From Thraustochytrium aureum (Eukaryota), in NCBI GenBank assembly GCA_012862495.1, contig BLSG01000011.1:24413-63500 (forward strand): a DNA stretch of 39,088 bases, in the 5' to 3' direction. The position numbers were made by a program, and so were the translations under genes. The notes under the pieces were generated by a model, which was not told where the DNA came from, did no database searches, and saw nothing but the letters and a program-made list of their open reading frames with translations. Of this stretch, positions 32,902-39,088 are shown piece after piece. Positions within the stretch are counted from its first letter, which is position 1, and each line of letters begins with the position of its first letter.

Positions 32902-35900
32902 ATGGAGGGCGCAGCCGCGGGTCCGAGGCAGGAGCAAGGCGATGGGCAAGCAAGGCCTGCCGACGCAGACGCCGAGGAAAAGGCCGATGACGCTGGCTAC
33001 GACCAAAAAGACCTGGACGGCCAGGATGGCGGGGACACCGGTGACGAAGATGAGCAAGACGAAAACGACGCCGAGGAGGACCTCGTTGGAGAAGGCGACA
33101 ACATCGAACAGGGCATCGATGCAGCCCTCCTCCGTCTCGCAACGATGCACGGCCGGCTCGTTGTCCTCATCGAAAAGGCCCGTGGGCTCGTCAAGCCAAG
33201 CGTGGGATGCGCAGGAACCTGCGGCGTCGGGTTCAATCCGGTTGCAACGCTCATGATTGGCCACGACCCTGTCCTTCGGACGAGCGTCGTGAGGCGGAGC
33301 AGAAACCCAGACTGGAAGGAGCTGTTTGCCGTAGACGTCTGCCACGAGGCGCAGCGGCTGACGATCCGCGTCGCCGACGCAAACGCGTTCGAGGACACGT
33401 TTCTGGGCCAAGTGTCCTTCTCCGTGGCCCAGATCGTCAACCAGGCGCAGGGGAGCAGCGGGGTGCAAGGCGAGTTTCCGATCGCGCGGCGTCGGCGCCA
33501 CGTCGAGAACCTGGACACGTTTGCTGGCGCTTGGACAGAGGACCGCAAGGAAAAGCGCAAGCGCCGCAAGACGTCCAGCTTTGGCTGGCTCTCGTTTAGG
33601 CTGCAGTTCACCCCGGCCAAACTCATTGTGGAGCGCCAGCTGCAGGTCTTTCAGACGAAGAGCAGGGCCGTCAAGTCCAAGGGCAAGTCAAGGCTCGTCG
33701 AGCGCTTCCACCCCAAGGTCGTTCCAAACACCTACTTTCGCGCGCACCGCGGGGACCACTTTGTGCTGTACCAGAGCGCGCACCAGCCCGCGCTTGGCGC
33801 GCAGCTTCCCGAGATTGCGCTCGGCGTGCCAGATGTAGACGCGCTTGGCGACAGCGCCAGTGCGGGCGGCGGGATCGAGCCGGAGGAGCGCCCGTTTCGC
33901 GCACGCGGCTGCTGGGCCGACCTGTACCACGCCATAGACGAGGCCGAGCAGTTCATCTGCGTCTCGGGCTCTGCAATCAACCCGCACACCCGCCTTGTCC
34001 GCACAGGGCCGGCCCACGAGCGCAAGCTCAGTTTCGGGCAGCTCCTCAAGGACAAGGCCGCCGCGGGCGTGCTCGTCTTTGTGCTTGCTTGGGAAGACCC
34101 GAAGGCGAACCCGTTCTTCGCCGAGGCGCCCGTGAACGGCACTAGCGACCTCTTGGAGAACTTCTTTCGCGGCAGCAAGGTTGTTTTCGCCACGGCTGCG
34201 CGCGAGAACGAGTCGGGCCACAACCGCTCGCTCACCGAGAGCGTCGTCGCATACACGCACCACCAGCGCGCCATCGTGATGGACATAAAACCCAGCAACG
34301 CGGCCAAGCTCCGCATCAAACACCGCAAGCACAAGAACGCCAAGGTCCAGGCGGTCACCGCGTTCTTGGGCGGAATGGACATCGCCACGGGCCGCTACGA
34401 CGACGCAGACAAGACGCTCTTCGCCTCGCTGGAGCGCACCCACAGCGACGACTTTTACCAGCCCTACTTGCCAGACGGCGTCGCGAAAAGGACGCAGGGG
34501 CCGCGCATGCCGTGGCAAGACGTCCATGCGCGCGTCACGGGCAGCTCGGCCGTCGACGTCCTGAAAAACTTTATCGAGCGCTGGCACAAGCAGGTGGCCT
34601 GGCACAGGTACCGACTGCTGCGCGGCGCGGCGCGCCTTGACACTACCTACCTGGCCTATGCGGGCAAGATGAAGGCGCTCTTGAACCTCCTCAAGGACTC
34701 GCCGGGGAGGCGGCGCTCCCGCAGAGCTTCCTTGACGAGGCCCGCGACCAGATCAAGGGCCGCGCCGAGACAGTGCTCCGCCTGGGCGACAACGACGGCA
34801 ACGTGCGCAACAACTTTGGGATCAACCACCAGAACCTCGAGCATGAGGACGACGACGACGACGACCTTTCTGACATGTCGGACGAAGACCTCCAAGACCT
34901 GCAGCAAGACCTTGAGGACCTCGTCGCGGAGGAGCGCGAGCGCAGCGGGTCCTGGAACGCTGCCTTCTCGACCGACTCGCGCCAAAACACGGAGAAGGTG
35001 GTCCAGGTTCTGCGCTCCATCGATGAGGACGCCGCGGAGCTGGACCGCCGCGTCACGGCTCCCCACGTCTTTTTCCAATCAGACATGAAGGTTGACAACA
35101 GCGTGCACAAGGCCTTCGTACACCATGTGCGCCATGCGCGCCACTTTCTGTACATCGAGACCGAGTACTTTGTGGGCTCGGCTCACATGTGGGAGCGCTC
35201 CAAGGGGTGCGGGGCCAACAACCTAGTCCCGGGCGAGATCGCCGAGAAGATCTGTGCCAAGATCGCCGCCAAGGAGCCGTTCCACGTGTACCTCGTGCTC
35301 CCGCTCCACCCCAGGGGCGTGCCGCGCGCTGTTCCAGTACAGCAGGTGCTCTTCTGGCAGCACCTCACGGTGCAGATGATGTACCAGCGCATAGCGCGCG
35401 CCTTGCGCGCTGCTGGCCTAGCCGACGAGCGCCACCCGACCGACTACTTTACAATCAGCTTTCTCGGCAACCGCGAGCCCGCGGAGGAGCACAAGAGGGT
35501 GACCGAGAACGAGCTCGATCTGGACGCCGCCTTCGCTTCTGGCGACGAGGGCGCCATCGCCGCGGCGCTCGCAGCCGACCCGGACGGGGCTGCCGCCCAT
35601 GCGGCGGAAAAGTCGGCCGCGGCCTCGGCAGCCGCCGCGGCGGGGCTGCCGACCGACGAGGACTATGCTGCAGTGTATCGCCGCATGTTGCACGCGCGGC
35701 GCGCGCCGATCCACGTCAACAGCAAGCTGATGATCGTCGACGACGAGGTTGCGATCATCGGCAGCGGAAACATAAACCAGCGCTCACTCGCCGGCACGCG
35801 CGACACCGAGCTGGGTGTTGCGGTCTTCGAGGCGGACAAGATGTCCACGGCGGACTCGACGCCGCGAGGCCAGGTCTACGGCTTGCGCATGTCTCTGTGG

Positions 35901-36197
35901 GCCGAGCACCTAGGGCCTGAGAACGTCGACAACGAGGGATTCGACGCCACCTTGCTGCAGACGCCCGCGCGCATCGAGACAGTGCGGCTCTGGCAGTCAC
36001 TTGCGCTCGCCAACTGGGAGACGTACACTTCCGCCAAGGATCCGGACGGTGTTCCCGGCCACCTGATGCGGTACCCGTACCACATCGCGCCGGACGGCAC
36101 CGTGTCGGCGCTCGCCGGGTTTGAGAGCTTCCCTGACTTTACAAAGGCCCCAGTGCTCGGCTCGCGCTCGTCCATAGCCAACTACATCACGACCTGA
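32902..36197 (+). CDS. Plant-type C2-domain phospholipase D homolog with degenerate HKD motifs; one frameshift in G4 at 34704-34707
   Basis: C2 domain (HGRLVVLIEKARGL...NPDWKELFAVDVCH), LYQSAH, CWADLYHAIDEAEQFI, YTHHQRAIVMD, GGMDIATGRYD, PRMPWQDVH, VLKNFIERW, VQVLRSID, GANNLVPGEI, HPTDY...LGNRE, VNSKLMIVDD...GSGNINQRSLAGTRDTE, GLRMSLWAEHLG, GHLMRYP. Confidence 0.92.
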
Positions 36198-36679
36198 GAG
36201 ATGCGTCTCGGAAAAATAAGAGTCACATCCTGTTGCGAAACCGCATCCTGTCGACGAAGCCAGCATTTTGCTTTCTTGCTCGCTTGAGAGCGGCGTCAAC
36301 TCGAGTGGCGTCTGCGAGCTCACTGCAGGTCTCGCAACGTCCAAGCGACGCACAACCACGAGCCAATCATCACATCCATAAAGACAGCAACCGCGCGACA
36401 CCCAACTGGCGGCGCACTTGAAAAAGACGACAGGGAGCGTCCACCACCGTCACGAAAGCGCGAGCTCGACGCCCAACAGGCCAAAGGCCTAAGACTTGAC
36501 TTGCACGTGCGGAACGCATTCCACGGGCCGCGCAGGAGTCTTGCACAGAGCCGCAACCGCGCGCGCAGGACAGTGCCAGCGAGCGACAGGGCGCGCGAGA
36601 GACGGCCTTGTGCGTCGCGAGGAGCTGCAGGCTTGCTTTTCGCGCCCGGGCGCCTTCCTTTGGCCCTCTTGGACGCAGG

Positions 36680-37904
36680 ATGGAGGCTCGGGATGGCCAG
36701 ATGACTGGCGACGACGACAGGGCCGGCGCCGCGATCCCGCCAACGCCGCCGACGCCGGCGGCTCCGGCGGAGGGTGGTATTGCGAAGGATGTGGCAGATT
36801 CGGAGGGCGGCGTGGAGGAGGTCGGCCAGCGGCTGGCGGGCATGGAGGTGGAGGAGGACGAGGACCCCGAGATGGAACTTGGGGAGGATGATATCGAAGA
36901 AGTCGTTTTCGAGGACGACAAGCCGCCCTCGGACGACGAGGATGGCGACGACGAGGGAGAAGAGATGGAGGAACATGCCGAGGGCGACGGGCCGCAACTG
37001 GCCCCGCCCGGCGAGCCGGACTGCACCGTGACGACATTTGCGGCGCACGGGGAGCCTGTGTACTGCGCCTCGCTGAGTAGCGATGGAAGCAGAGCGCTGT
37101 CGGGTGGCGGCGACGACAACGGATACGTCTGGGACGTCTCGACGGGCGCCGTGATCTTCAAGCTGGGCGGCCACACTGACTCGATCGTCGACTGCGGGTT
37201 CAGCTTCGACGACAAGCTGCTCGCTACTGCAGCGTATGACAGCACGGTCAAGATTTGGGACGCTGGGACCGGGGCGCTCCTCCAGAGCCTGGACGGGCCC
37301 TCCTCTGAGATCGAGTGGCTCTGCTGGCACCCGAAGGGCAACGTGGTCATGGCCGGCTCCGAAGACGCGACGTGCTGGGTCTGGGACGCCGCGACGGGCA
37401 ACTGCCTCAGTGTTCTAGCAGGCCACGAGGCGCCGCTGACATGCGGAGCTTTTACGCCAAACGGCAAGCGAATTGTGACCGGCTCGCTCGACGGCACAGT
37501 GCGCCTGTGGGACCCAAAGACGTCGACCTGCGCGCACTCTTTCTCGGGCCACGACTGGCACCAGGCCGGCGTGGTGAGCCTTCGCTGCCACCCGGATCAG
37601 CCGATGGTTGCCGCCGGCGGACAGGACGGCACGGTGCGCCTCGCGCGGCTCGAGTCCAAAAAGGTCGTGGCGTCCTTCATGCACGACCAAACGCAGGCTG
37701 GCGCCGTCGGCGCGGCAGCGGCCAGCACCACGGCAGGCGCGCAGCAAGGCGGGGAGCCGAGCTCGGTCGAGGCGGTCGACTTTTGCTTGGTAGCGCCGTT
37801 CATCGCCACGGGGGGTACGGACGGGACGCTCAAGGTGTTTGACATCAACACGCAGTCGTGCCGCCAGGTGTGCAGGCACGCAGACACGGTAACCAACGTC
37901 GAAT
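36680..37904 (+). CDS. WD40 protein of the AAMP/Sqt1 type (uL16/Rpl10 chaperone); 3' end in gap
   Basis: Acidic N-terminus, then ALSGGGDDNGYVW, GHTDSIVDCGFSFDDKLLAT, EIEWLCWHPKGNVVMAGSED, CGAFTPNGKRIVTGSLDG, SSVEAVDF. Confidence 0.85.
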
Positions 37905-38284
37905 NNNNNNNNNNNNNNNNNNNNNNNNNNNNNNNNNNNNNNNNNNNNNNNNNNNNNNNNNNNNNNNNNNNNNNNNNNNNNNNNNNNNNNNNNNNNNNNN
38001 NNNNNNNNNNNNNNNNNNNNNNNNNNNNNNNNNNNNNNNNNNNNNNNNNNNNNNNNNNNNNNNNNNNNNNNNNNNNNNNNGCGCCTGTGAGGCCGGGCGG
38101 CTCGCTTGCCAAGCTGGTGGCGCTGGCTCCCGTGGTCCTGCCCGAGTCAGAGGCAGGTGCTGAGCGGGTGTCTTGGCTCCCTGCAGGAACGTAGAGAGGG
38201 GGAGAGTTCAAGGTCGAGTTTGATTTGTGTACTTTCGGCTTTCGGATCGGAAGAGCAGCTGCGGGCTGCACCATCTCGCTCCAG

Positions 38285-39088
38285 CTAGCTCATGTCGGCG
38301 ACTTGGTCGGCGGCATCTTGCGCGCACCGAAAGCCGAGGTTCTGCGCCGAGCTGTCGGCGCTGTTCGAGCTCCGGGACGCCGTGCGGTAGCGGTAGCAGT
38401 ACGAGATGTGGCACATGTACGAACCGCCCTTCTTGACGCGCTCTACCGTGGGGTCGTCCATCTTGTCCATCGAGATCTCCACTTGCGGGTCCGCCAGGAC
38501 ATTGCCTTGCCTGTCCCGGGTCGCGTGGCGCGTTGTCCACGCGTCCGCGACCCACTCCCACACGTTGCCGATGATATTGTGCAAGCCAAACTGGTTTTGT
38601 GGGGGAAATGCAGCGACCGGGGCCGCCCACAGAAAGCCGTCCTCGCCGGTGTTGGTTTCCGGGAACTTGCCCTGCCACAAGTTGGCGCGAAATTCGCCTC
38701 CTGGGTAGAGCTCGCTGCCCCAGGGAAACATTTCGTTCTCCAGCCCGCCGCGCGAGGCCCGCTCAAACTCGGCTTCGCGCGGGAGCCGCAAGCCAAGCCA
38801 CTTGCAGTACGCCCGCGCGTCGTTGTGGGAGACGTGTACGACGGGGTGGTCCAGGAGCTGGAGCTCGCTGACGTCTCGGTCAGGCCCGTTCGGGTACCAC
38901 CAGTTGGCGCCCTGCACCGGGACCCACCACGGCACTGCAGCAACCTGCGCGTCGACAGTGGCCAGTACCGCCTCCGAGAGCGTCTTCTCAAAGCAGAAGG
39001 ACCACCCGAACGATTCGGCCTCCGTGACGAAGCCGGACTCCAGCACGAACTCGGCAAACTGCCTGTTGCTCACCTCGTACTGCTGCAG
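38285..39088 (-). CDS. SUMF1: Formylglycine-generating enzyme (sulfatase-modifying factor 1), 5'-truncated by window edge
   Basis: [61 protein letters not shown] (catalytic CxxxxC), NLGFRC. Confidence 0.95.
   Translation of the reverse strand: MQQYEVSNRQFAEFVLESGFVTEAESFGWSFCFEKTLSEAVLATVDAQVAAVPWWVPVQGANWWYPNGPDRDVSELQLLDHPVVHVSHNDARAYCKWLGLRLPREAEFERASRGGLENEMFPWGSELYPGGEFRANLWQGKFPETNTGEDGFLWAAPVAAFPPQNQFGLHNIIGNVWEWVADAWTTRHATRDRQGNVLADPQVEISMDKMDDPTVERVKKGGSYMCHISYCYRYRTASRSSNSADSSAQNLGFRCAQDAADQVADMS

Larger units (their letters stand above)
2226..38080. other. Eleven assembly gaps (N-runs)
   Basis: 2226-2464, 4815-5067, 10439-11161, 13203-13485, 17688-17934, 21059-21977, 23343-23640, 25873-26054, 29420-29999, 31778-32261, 37905-38080. 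Confidence 0.99.

Overview
GC-rich, gene-dense, essentially intron-less eukaryotic DNA from a draft scaffold with 11 N-gaps. The gene set (plant-type UDP-sugar pyrophosphorylase and C2-PLD, Rab6, YJU2, SUMF1, PP2A-B'') and style fit a stramenopile protist, most plausibly a thraustochytrid/labyrinthulomycete (inference). About 19 protein genes are visible. Roughly half are split by single-base indels at homopolymers, which is best explained by pyrosequencing-type error. I found no RNA genes, CRISPR arrays or mobile elements. The most unusual items are a membrane-anchored, probably luminal TTLL15-like ATP-grasp ligase with a C-terminal EGF plus TM; a CAP-Gly + RanBP1-like + PP2C fusion; a C2-PLD with both HKD motifs degenerate; a USP with an MGNCC acylation-type N-terminus; an FNT channel with a SAM-like segment and a mitochondrial-type presequence; and several bacterial-like or orphan proteins. 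Family calls come from motif recognition, not database searches.
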